Assembly: GCA_016284485.1 (NCBI GenBank) | Contig: JAEEOX010000154.1 | Span: 1 to 29,455, forward strand | Source: Bacillota bacterium | Lineage (GTDB): Bacteria; Bacillota; Clostridia; Peptostreptococcales; Anaerovoracaceae | Length of the DNA: 29,455 bases | Reading direction: 5' to 3' | Shown here: positions 8,365 to 15,903 of the stretch, one piece after another | How positions within the stretch are numbered: position 1 is the first letter of the stretch | Layout: every line of letters starts with the position of its first letter | Position numbers and translations under genes: made by a program | The notes under the pieces: generated by a model | What the model was told of the DNA's origin: nothing | Seen by the model: the letters and a program-made list of their open reading frames with translations, nothing else | The model's database searches: none

Positions 8365-9474
8365 TTACCACTTGTTGAACACCTTCTCCGCGAAGCCTGG
8401 GAAGTCCTCAACATACACCGTGGAGCCGTCGTCCAGGATCACGACGCCGGTGAAAAGCCCGAAGACCTGGTGCTGATCGGAGCAAAGCACCTTGAAGTCG
8501 GTCTTTGCGGCTCTGTCCAGCAGGGGCCTGAAAACCATTTCGAAGCGCCCGTCGTCGGAGGTTATGACCCAGGGGCTCATGAAGTCATCCACTCTCTCCG
8601 CCGTCTCCACTGTCTTGCCGGAAGGCATGCAGCAGCCGCCACGGGTGGTATAGGTGCCGTTCTTGTCCGGAATGTCGAAGACCAGCCGTCCCAGCTTGTG
8701 GGCAACGCCGTTCACGAAGACCATATTCTCGCTGGCGGCGGAGGTGTCTCCGAAGCCGTAGCCGATGTTCCATCCGAAGCGCCTGCCATCCGGGAGTTTA
8801 CCCTGGGCTGCGCCCCAGTACCAGGTGTTCTTGTAGGTCCAGACGCCGCGGCCCCAGTCGAGAAGGCCGAAGCTCTCACCCTCTTTGAACTCGTAGCGGG
8901 TCCCGTCATACTCCACCCAGCCGGAAGCCGGCATGGCGATCTTTTTCTGATTATAGTAGAACGCTTTCTCGTTCCCGGGAAAAGGTGTTGCGATGACCAT
9001 GCTGTCGTCCGGATCATCCACGGGATCCAGCAAAGTGAACTCGCCCCGTATCGGCTTGCCGTTCCGGAACTTGTCCATCCTGAACTCAAGGATCCTCTTG
9101 TCGCCCACCCTGAGGAAGCTGATCTCGTGTGTTTTGCCCTTGGTGTGGACGTCTCCGGAGTCGGAGGTGGGCGGGAGGTTTTTGCGGCCGCCCGTCATGA
9201 ACTGCATGAGAGAAGTGGTGATCTCCCAGGGCTTCCCGGGATCCAGGATCAGGAGCGATACGCTGTCCAGCCCCATGTAGGAATTGTCGTCGATGGTGAG
9301 AGCCACCGCAAGGCCCGGCGCGGTCACCAGGTAGTAGTCCCACTCCTTGATGCGATGCCTGGGCGCCTTGATGGCGCTGCGGTCATAGTTTAAAATGAGG
9401 CTTCTGGCGTAGCCGGGCTCGGTGAGCCTGCCCTGCTCATCCAAAAGGGCGTGTCTTTCGGTAATTTCGTGCAT
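8365..9474 (-). CDS. DUF2804-family protein
   Basis: Start MHEITERHALLDEQGRLTEPGYAR with GGAGG RBS; RIKEWDYY, LDWGRGVW, NTWYW, NIGYGFGD and HQVFG motifs. Confidence 0.8.
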   Translation of the reverse strand: MHEITERHALLDEQGRLTEPGYARSLILNYDRSAIKAPRHRIKEWDYYLVTAPGLAVALTIDDNSYMGLDSVSLLILDPGKPWEITTSLMQFMTGGRKNLPPTSDSGDVHTKGKTHEISFLRVGDKRILEFRMDKFRNGKPIRGEFTLLDPVDDPDDSMVIATPFPGNEKAFYYNQKKIAMPASGWVEYDGTRYEFKEGESFGLLDWGRGVWTYKNTWYWGAAQGKLPDGRRFGWNIGYGFGDTSAASENMVFVNGVAHKLGRLVFDIPDKNGTYTTRGGCCMPSGKTVETAERVDDFMSPWVITSDDGRFEMVFRPLLDRAAKTDFKVLCSDQHQVFGLFTGVVILDDGSTVYVEDFPGFAEKVFNKW

Positions 9475-9531
9475 GGTGTACCTCCGGCAAAACATACAAG
9501 GCCGAGGATGTCCCCCGGCCATGCAAAACTA

Positions 9532-10686
9532 CTATTTTATATATGCTCTCTCCACGTAGGGTGATGTCGCGGTGTGAAGGGCCGCGCCGTACTCCAGCTT
9601 GAAGGAGACCACGTCGCCCACCTTGTACTCCTTGTCAGATTTGGTCACATCCAGGATCATGTGGTCGGAGGACGCGCCCAGCACGTCCACCTTGGGATCC
9701 AGGGGGATCATGCCGCCGATATCCGTATCCTGCTTGCCGATTCCCACGATGGCTCTCTTGATGACACCGCGGTCCTCATACTCAGGCACCTCGCCGAAAG
9801 CGTCCACTCCCACCTCGCCGATGGGGATGGAGGGCTTTTCCTTGAGCTCCACGATCTGAGCCTCCAGGATCAGCGCATCGTCGGTGGTTCCGGGAAGCTT
9901 GGTGAGATAAGCCGTATCGTTTCCCATGAGGAAGGATTCGCCCAGCCTCAGGTTATTCACGCCCTCAGGAAGCTTGTATGTATCCATGGTCTCTCCGGGC
10001 AGCAGTCCGCCCTGGCGTACGATCATCTCGGACTCGGGAAGCTCCTTGTTGAGAGCAAGATAGATGGACGAGGAGTTGCCGCCGGAGATGGTCTCCAGCT
10101 TGATGCCAAAGCGGTCCTCGATCTTGCGGGCGATGCTGACCAGTCCGCCCAGATTGTTGGCCTTGGGAATGATCGCTCCATAGCAGGTCAGGTTCACGCC
10201 CAGACCACAGAGCTTGATGTTCGGCATCTGAAGGATCTCCTCCACAGCTTCGAATATTTTGTCCTCATACTGGAAGAACATGCCCTCTCTCAGGTCGCCC
10301 ATGTCGATCATAAGCAGGATGCCGTGGACCTTGCCCTGGCGGCCGGCCTCTTCATTGAGGAGCCTGATGGTGGAGAGTTCCGAGTTCTGGCTCAGGTCCA
10401 CGTACTTCACCACGTCCTCGATCTCGCAGTGCATGGGGATGCGGAGGAGCATGGTCCTCTTGCCGTTCTCGTGAGCGATGTCCGCAAAAGATTTAATGTT
10501 CTTCACTCTGGAATCCGCGATCAGATCCACCTGCGGGTTGGCAGCGATGACCTTCACCATCTCCGGATCCGCGCAAAGACATTTGGTAACGATGGCCAGC
10601 GAGCATCCGGCCCTCTTGGTGATACCGGCCACAGCATTCAGATTCTGCTCCAACTTATTCAGATTTATAACGAGTCTGGGGTACAT
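9532..10686 (-). CDS. orr: Ornithine racemase (alanine racemase-like PLP enzyme)
   Basis: VTKCLCA (PLP Lys), ADSRVKN, DMGDLREG, NLTCYG, SGGNSSS, GASSDH; last gene of the ornithine cluster. Confidence 0.85.
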   Translation of the reverse strand: MYPRLVINLNKLEQNLNAVAGITKRAGCSLAIVTKCLCADPEMVKVIAANPQVDLIADSRVKNIKSFADIAHENGKRTMLLRIPMHCEIEDVVKYVDLSQNSELSTIRLLNEEAGRQGKVHGILLMIDMGDLREGMFFQYEDKIFEAVEEILQMPNIKLCGLGVNLTCYGAIIPKANNLGGLVSIARKIEDRFGIKLETISGGNSSSIYLALNKELPESEMIVRQGGLLPGETMDTYKLPEGVNNLRLGESFLMGNDTAYLTKLPGTTDDALILEAQIVELKEKPSIPIGEVGVDAFGEVPEYEDRGVIKRAIVGIGKQDTDIGGMIPLDPKVDVLGASSDHMILDVTKSDKEYKVGDVVSFKLEYGAALHTATSPYVERAYIK

Positions 10687-10721
10687 GATATATTTCTCCT
10701 TACATTATCATATTGATATCT

Positions 10722-11014
10722 GATTATTAACTGATCGTATGGCGGCGTTTTCGAAGGCGTCTTCCGCAGCGCCGGTACTTAGCGACCGACGAGCAGTAAA
10801 AATATCCGCTCTGCCGTAGGCAGCGTATCTGCAAAATAAGCAAATGGAGAGCCAAATTCTATTTGGCGATGCAGTTGGCTGTTTTGCAGATACATGGCGC
10901 GTAGCGCCACGGATATTTTTACTTAAGCGAAGCGGTCGCTTAGCACCGCTGCGCGAGGACTAAGCGAGAGCGGGCGCCTTCGTAAACGTACTGTGCGTAC
11001 GTCAGTTAATAATC
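10722..11014. repeat. Structured palindromic intergenic element A
   Basis: Nested inverted repeats (13-bp outer, 14-bp and 12-bp inner stems, three small hairpins); shares a 23/25 and a 45/50 nt block with element B. Confidence 0.85.
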
Positions 11015-12796
11015 CGTATTTCTCCACTTGCAGTGCTTTCTGAAACATGTTTTGCACTGCCTGTTGCAGTCCGGGCGAGCCTCGTCGTAGGGGGTCTCGT
11101 CGGAACCGCTGGTTTCGATGGCCTTGGAATAAGCCTCGCTGGCCGGCTCCGTCTCCCCTTCATTGGACACATAATCGTGAGCCCTCACCATGGAACGGTC
11201 GTTCATGAGCGTCTCGCGCTTGGCCGCCTCATACTCTTCCCTGGATGCGCCGCCGATCTTTTCCTTGAGGGAATTGCGGTACTCCGTCATATCGTAGCCC
11301 ATGGCCTCCATCTCGTCGATGTGATGCATGAGCTCCTCCTGCTTGGCGTCGGAAGCCTTGGCCATGGCCTGAAGCTCCCTGATCAGGGAATCCTTTCTTG
11401 TCTTGTCCACTCTCTCATGGAGCTCGATGCCCAGAGACTGGCCCAGAAGCTTGATGGCTCCCTGCCTGTGAGTCTTGGAGAGAACTCCCAGAGAAGCCAT
11501 GATGTAGTCGTTGTCCTGCAGGATCTTCACCGCATCGGAGGGATAGAGCTTCATTCCCGTCTCGTTGTCCTGAGGGATCAGCGCCATGATATCCTTGCCA
11601 TGAGGAAGTCTTGTGAGGGCGCCGCCGGTGCCCACGATGTACTTGATCTGGGTAAGGTCCTTACCCTCAGCAACGGTGGACCTGCCCGAGGGGCCGTAGA
11701 TGTAGCGGATGGATCCGGCATGTCTCTCTACGGCGCGGAGGGTGGCCTCCTTGCAGAGTCTCTCAACCAGCTTGAACTCATCCTCGTTATTGGGGATGGC
11801 CACATAGGTCTCCAGGGTCTTGTCCAGGTCGATCATCAGCTTCTCTTCGCACTCTTTCCTGAGCTTTTCCTCACCGATGGACTCGATGACCTTGTAGCGG
11901 TTCACATAAAGTCCCAGGTCGCCTTCCACGGTCCTCTTGGCCATGGGCTCCGGTGCCACCAGAACTCTGGATACCGCGTCGGAATCCTCAGACACCGAGT
12001 GAACGTCGGTGGTGGCGCCGCCTACGTCGATGGTCATCACCTCTCCCAGGCAGTCGTACAAAAGTTTCGTGCACTCCATGACCGCTCCCGGCGTAGGGAT
12101 TATGGGGCCGTTGACCATGTCTCTCACGTGCTCCATGCCCGGGGCCTTGGTGATGTTGTCCTCGAATGCCGCCTGTATGACTTTACGGCAGGGCTCCACG
12201 TTGAGCTGGTCGATCTTGGGATATACGTTGTCAACCAGGTAGAGTTCCTGGCCGCTCTCCTCATCGAAGATCAGCTTCATCTCCTCCTGGTTCTCTATGT
12301 TTCCGGCATATACGACGGGGATGTGCAGCCCCATGGAGCGGATCATCTCTGCGTTGTATATGGCCGTATCTCTCTCTCCGAAATCCACGCCTCCCGCGAT
12401 CAGGATCAGGTTTGGCTTGATCTCCTTGATCTTCTGGAGGTCCGTGCGTCTCAGTCTGCCGACTGTGATGTCGTGGATGATGCCGCCTGCGCCCAGAGCA
12501 GCCTCTCTCGCCGCCTTGGCCGTCATGTCGTACACCAGGCCGTGCACGGTCATCTTCAGTCCGCCGGCAGCGGATGAAGTGGCAAGCATCTCATCATATT
12601 CCAGGGTGTCTATGCCCATCTTTTGCTTCAGGTCGTCGATGGCTCCCTGAAGACCTACCCTCACGTCCCCCTGGAGGACGGAAGTAGGTGCCTGACCCTG
12701 GGCCCAAAAAACGGGCTTCTCGGTGTCAAGTCCGATGAACGCATTTACTACCGTTGTGGTGGAGCCGATCTCGGCTACCAAAACATCTACTTTCAT
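11006..12796 (-). CDS. GlmL/MutL-like ornithine aminomutase reactivating factor with C-terminal Cys-rich extension
   Basis: Actin-like motifs AEIGSTTT, TSSAAGGL, IDVGGATTDVHS, RTVEGDLG, GTGGAL; located between oraE and orr. Confidence 0.85.
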   Translation of the reverse strand: MKVDVLVAEIGSTTTVVNAFIGLDTEKPVFWAQGQAPTSVLQGDVRVGLQGAIDDLKQKMGIDTLEYDEMLATSSAAGGLKMTVHGLVYDMTAKAAREAALGAGGIIHDITVGRLRRTDLQKIKEIKPNLILIAGGVDFGERDTAIYNAEMIRSMGLHIPVVYAGNIENQEEMKLIFDEESGQELYLVDNVYPKIDQLNVEPCRKVIQAAFEDNITKAPGMEHVRDMVNGPIIPTPGAVMECTKLLYDCLGEVMTIDVGGATTDVHSVSEDSDAVSRVLVAPEPMAKRTVEGDLGLYVNRYKVIESIGEEKLRKECEEKLMIDLDKTLETYVAIPNNEDEFKLVERLCKEATLRAVERHAGSIRYIYGPSGRSTVAEGKDLTQIKYIVGTGGALTRLPHGKDIMALIPQDNETGMKLYPSDAVKILQDNDYIMASLGVLSKTHRQGAIKLLGQSLGIELHERVDKTRKDSLIRELQAMAKASDAKQEELMHHIDEMEAMGYDMTEYRNSLKEKIGGASREEYEAAKRETLMNDRSMVRAHDYVSNEGETEPASEAYSKAIETSGSDETPYDEARPDCNRQCKTCFRKHCKWRNTDY

Positions 12797-12825
12797 ACTT
12801 TTTTCCTTATAATCTGATACGAACT

Positions 12826-12999
12826 TGAAAGAAGATAAAAAGTAAGGGAACTTGTATCGCTAAAGGCACTTTGGGATACCGGTCCTTAGCGACAGCCAAG
12901 GGCATCACCCTTGGCTGAGCTTAGAACCGCTGTTGGGCTCCCAAGTAGCGGGAGCGGCCTTAGAGATACATCGTTCCCTTGGTATTTAGTCTTCTTTCA
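12826..12999. repeat. Structured palindromic intergenic element C (short version)
   Basis: Core motifs CCGGTCCTTAGCGA (12879-12892) and GCTTAGAACCGCT (12919-12931) flank a perfect 10-bp hairpin; imperfect outer inverted repeat. Confidence 0.75.
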
Positions 13000-15235
13000 G
13001 ATCTTCCGGACGGAATCCGTGAGGAACTTCTCCTCTTCTTCTCTGTCTCTCCTGAGCCAGGAAGGTTGCTACGTCGATTCCGTGAGAGTTACGTCCGAAT
13101 CCCATGTCGATACCTGTCTTCAGAGCTTCCTCGGGGATTACCTGAGTTCCGCCTGCGCAGATGATGATCTTGTCTCTGATACCCTTTTCGATGGCCAGAT
13201 CGTTGATCCTCTTCATGTTCTTGTAGTGGACGTTGTCGTGGGAAATGATGGTGGAAGCCAGGATGGCCTGAGCGTTCTCCTCGATGCATGCGTCTACGAT
13301 CTTTTCCACCGGTACGGATGTTCCGAGGTATACGCACTCGATGCCCCACTTCTCGATGCCGCCGTGCTTGATGTTGATGATCTCACGCATTCCTACGGAG
13401 TGCTCGTCATCACCGACTGTTCCGCAGACGACCTTCATGTGTTCATGTCCCTCGAACTCTTCATAGAGTTCAGCGTCGCTCATTACGTAGGGCTCAGGCG
13501 GGATCTCCAGTGTGGTAAGGTCGATGTCGAAGTCTACCTTGCCCTTGATCTCGATCCTGGTTCCCTCTGCCGGCTGGAGAACTTCTGCGGAAATAACTTC
13601 CGGGTTCACCAGGCCAAGCTTCTTGGCCAGTTCTGTACCTGCTGCTTCAGCAACACGCTTCTCGCAGGGCAGGCAGAATACCAGCATGATCGTGCGGTCT
13701 CCGCACCACTCAACTTCGGGAGTGATGCACTTGCCGGTCCTGTATTTTGCGACAGCTTCAAGTCTCTTCTCTACGCAGTCCTCGGGGTCAAGCTCGTCGA
13801 TGTAGACGATCTTGGAGTGATCCTCGAATGTGCAGCCGCCGATGAGGGCTGACGGGTTCTCGGGATCTCCGCCGTACTGCTCAACGTTGTTGTATCCATA
13901 GTGAGCGGTGACGGGAGCCATGTAGTCTTCGTCTCTCTTGAAGATGAAGCCTGCTCCGAATCCTCCGTCGATCTTACGGGCGATACCGTCGCCGTTTCTC
14001 TCGGGATATTCGCCGGAGTCTACGAAGAAGCCGTCCTGAACGGCGTTGAAGTATCCGCCGACTTCAAGGATCTCTTCTACGTAAAGGACTGCTCTTTCCT
14101 TGAGCTCTCTGGCCTTTTCTCTTAAAGGTCCGTCCTTCTTGAGCTCTACCATGTCCATGATGCCGTCCAGACCGATCAGTGTCTGCTTGGCTGTATCCGT
14201 GGCTTCAATGTTGAAGATGTGCCAGGGAACGTTACGTCCTTCGTCAGGAGTAATGGTGGACTGGATGTCTACGGAGGTCAGCTTGGAAATGAACATGTTC
14301 ATTACGTGAGTTACTGTAGCCTCTGTGGTTGAGCTCTGTACATACTTGGTGTTCTGCTGTGCTCTCATCTTGTATCTGCCGCAGAAGTCACGAAGGGCTA
14401 CTGCATAGGGCAGGTCGAGGTACATGCAGGGTGCCGGTGTTGCCGAAGGCGGTACCGTTGACAGCGAGATGAGATCCGGCGGAAGGCCGATCCTCTCGGA
14501 GAAGTATGAGTTGATGGCGTGCTGCACGATGAGCTCGGGCATTACCTTCCATGCGTCACGGGCTGTAGCGTTGGCGTTGTGAGCTCCGTCGATCTGGAGC
14601 ATGTTGGCCCATGCCATGATCTTCTTGGATTCGCAGGCGTCTACGAAGGATCTTACCATGTTTACGTCTCTGTAAAGAACGTTGTACTGGGGGTCCTGGT
14701 GAGCGCCGTTGATGCCCTCTTCTGCGAACATGACGGCGATGTCAGGTCCTGCAACTCCGGAAATGTAGGAGTGATAGTTGATGGGACGGCCAACTTCGTC
14801 TTCGATCATGTCGATGGCCTTCCTCTGTGCCCTTACCTGCTTACGGGTAACGGGTACGCCGCCGATTCCCTGAGGAGTACCTTCCATGAGGCCGTCGATG
14901 TGGGACTGTCCCATGTGTCTGATTACCATCAGGTGGTCTGCGCCGTGCCATGCGGCCATTCTCATACGACGAACGTCGTCCTCGAATCTGCCGGATGCGA
15001 TCTCGGTAGTGATTACCGGCATCGGCTGCGGGTCGATATTATCAAGGAACTTAGCCGGAGGAAGAGGAACGGAGTTCTTCAGGTCCTTGGAAAGTTCATG
15101 ATATTCAAACTGATATCTGTGCTGGTTGGGGTCTTTCTCTCTCCATGTCCAGCCGCGGCGTCTGGGCTCATATTTGTCAAGGTCTTTGAGGAGCTCTACG
15201 ACGTCAAGTTTCTCGTTGGGTTTCAATACTTGCAT
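12986..15235 (-). CDS. oraE: D-ornithine 4,5-aminomutase beta subunit (AdoCbl + PLP)
   Basis: Start MQVLKPNEKLDV (GGAGG RBS), YEPRRRGW, EIASGRFEDD, base-off DEHSVG motif, PLP lysine in IKHGG. Confidence 0.95.
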   Translation of the reverse strand: MQVLKPNEKLDVVELLKDLDKYEPRRRGWTWREKDPNQHRYQFEYHELSKDLKNSVPLPPAKFLDNIDPQPMPVITTEIASGRFEDDVRRMRMAAWHGADHLMVIRHMGQSHIDGLMEGTPQGIGGVPVTRKQVRAQRKAIDMIEDEVGRPINYHSYISGVAGPDIAVMFAEEGINGAHQDPQYNVLYRDVNMVRSFVDACESKKIMAWANMLQIDGAHNANATARDAWKVMPELIVQHAINSYFSERIGLPPDLISLSTVPPSATPAPCMYLDLPYAVALRDFCGRYKMRAQQNTKYVQSSTTEATVTHVMNMFISKLTSVDIQSTITPDEGRNVPWHIFNIEATDTAKQTLIGLDGIMDMVELKKDGPLREKARELKERAVLYVEEILEVGGYFNAVQDGFFVDSGEYPERNGDGIARKIDGGFGAGFIFKRDEDYMAPVTAHYGYNNVEQYGGDPENPSALIGGCTFEDHSKIVYIDELDPEDCVEKRLEAVAKYRTGKCITPEVEWCGDRTIMLVFCLPCEKRVAEAAGTELAKKLGLVNPEVISAEVLQPAEGTRIEIKGKVDFDIDLTTLEIPPEPYVMSDAELYEEFEGHEHMKVVCGTVGDDEHSVGMREIINIKHGGIEKWGIECVYLGTSVPVEKIVDACIEENAQAILASTIISHDNVHYKNMKRINDLAIEKGIRDKIIICAGGTQVIPEEALKTGIDMGFGRNSHGIDVATFLAQERQRRRGEVPHGFRPEDLKED

Positions 15236-15236
15236 C

Positions 15237-15599
15237 TTACTTACCTCCCTTGAAAGCTGCCACGACCTTGTCCCATCCCTCGCCCTCAGCGAGCTTGATG
15301 GAAGCGTCACGGATCGAAATGTTCTCTAACTTCGATAACTTGTATACGCAGTGGCCTGCGCCCTTGCCCATGAGGCCGTGATCCATGCAGTGGTTCACGA
15401 TCTTCTGGGTATCCAGTGAAGACACACCCATCCTCATGAGGACGGCACGCTCTACTGAAGGAGTGGTGTTCTCGTAGCCCAGCTTGAGCAGAGGCTCGTC
15501 CACCTGTCTGATCAGATCCCAGAATCTGTCATAGAGTTCCTGGTCCGTAAGATCCTTCAGATGCTGATGTCTTACTTCAAAATCGTCTTCTCTTTTCAT
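15237..15599 (-). CDS. oraS: D-ornithine 4,5-aminomutase alpha subunit
   Basis: MKREDDFEVR..., ENTTPSVERAVLMRMG, GLMGKGAGH; directly upstream of oraE. Confidence 0.93.
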   Translation of the reverse strand: MKREDDFEVRHQHLKDLTDQELYDRFWDLIRQVDEPLLKLGYENTTPSVERAVLMRMGVSSLDTQKIVNHCMDHGLMGKGAGHCVYKLSKLENISIRDASIKLAEGEGWDKVVAAFKGGK

Positions 15600-15651
15600 C
15601 CTATATTTCTCCTTTATTAGTGGTCGCTTTTCATCTACTTCTTAAAAAGCA

Positions 15652-15895
15652 TTTTGTAGGATGGAGCTTCCGCAGCGTCGGTTCTTAGCGATCCGCAAGC
15701 CGTCAGATCAATTCGTACTGCCTGTGGCAGTTCCCGTGCAAAAGTATGGGTGCGGGTCCGTATTTATACGGAGAAGCGACCATCCTTTTGCGCGGGTAGA
15801 GTCGCGGAGCGACTCGAATTGATCTGTCGATAAGCGAAGCGGTCGCTTAGAACCGCTACGCGAGGACTGAGCGCAAGCGGCTCCATCCTACAAAA
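15652..15895. repeat. Structured palindromic intergenic element B
   Basis: Perfect 16-bp outer inverted repeat ttttgtaggatggagc/gctccatcctacaaaa; same stem architecture and core motifs as element A. Confidence 0.85.
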
Positions 15896-15903
15896 GATGA
15901 TTT

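Noticed and set aside
10825-10893. TGCAAAA/TTTTGC arms in elements A and B as extra activator UAS sites
   Set aside because: Half-sites are separated by about 40-50 nt rather than 2 nt, and there is no sigma54 promoter downstream.
11030-11068. Radical SAM enzyme (CxxxCxxC)
   Set aside because: The motif is at the extreme C-terminus with no following TIM barrel; only generic metal binding can be suggested.
11033-12577. 514-aa plus-strand ORF, and similar long antisense ORFs (6583-7572, 8470-9393, 9574-10716, 20580-21836, 22572-23483, 26788-27744, 28174-29124)
   Set aside because: They are shadows of well-supported genes on the opposite strand; GC-rich codon usage suppresses antisense stops; no RBS or recognisable motifs.
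15236-15310. Longer upstream starts in the ORF track (oraE 15310, ortA 17687, DUF2804 9522, activator 20484, pfkB 26770, 21933, 2639)
   Set aside because: Downstream ATGs have clear GGAG(G) RBSs and match family N-termini; the extensions overlap neighbours or the RBS itself.
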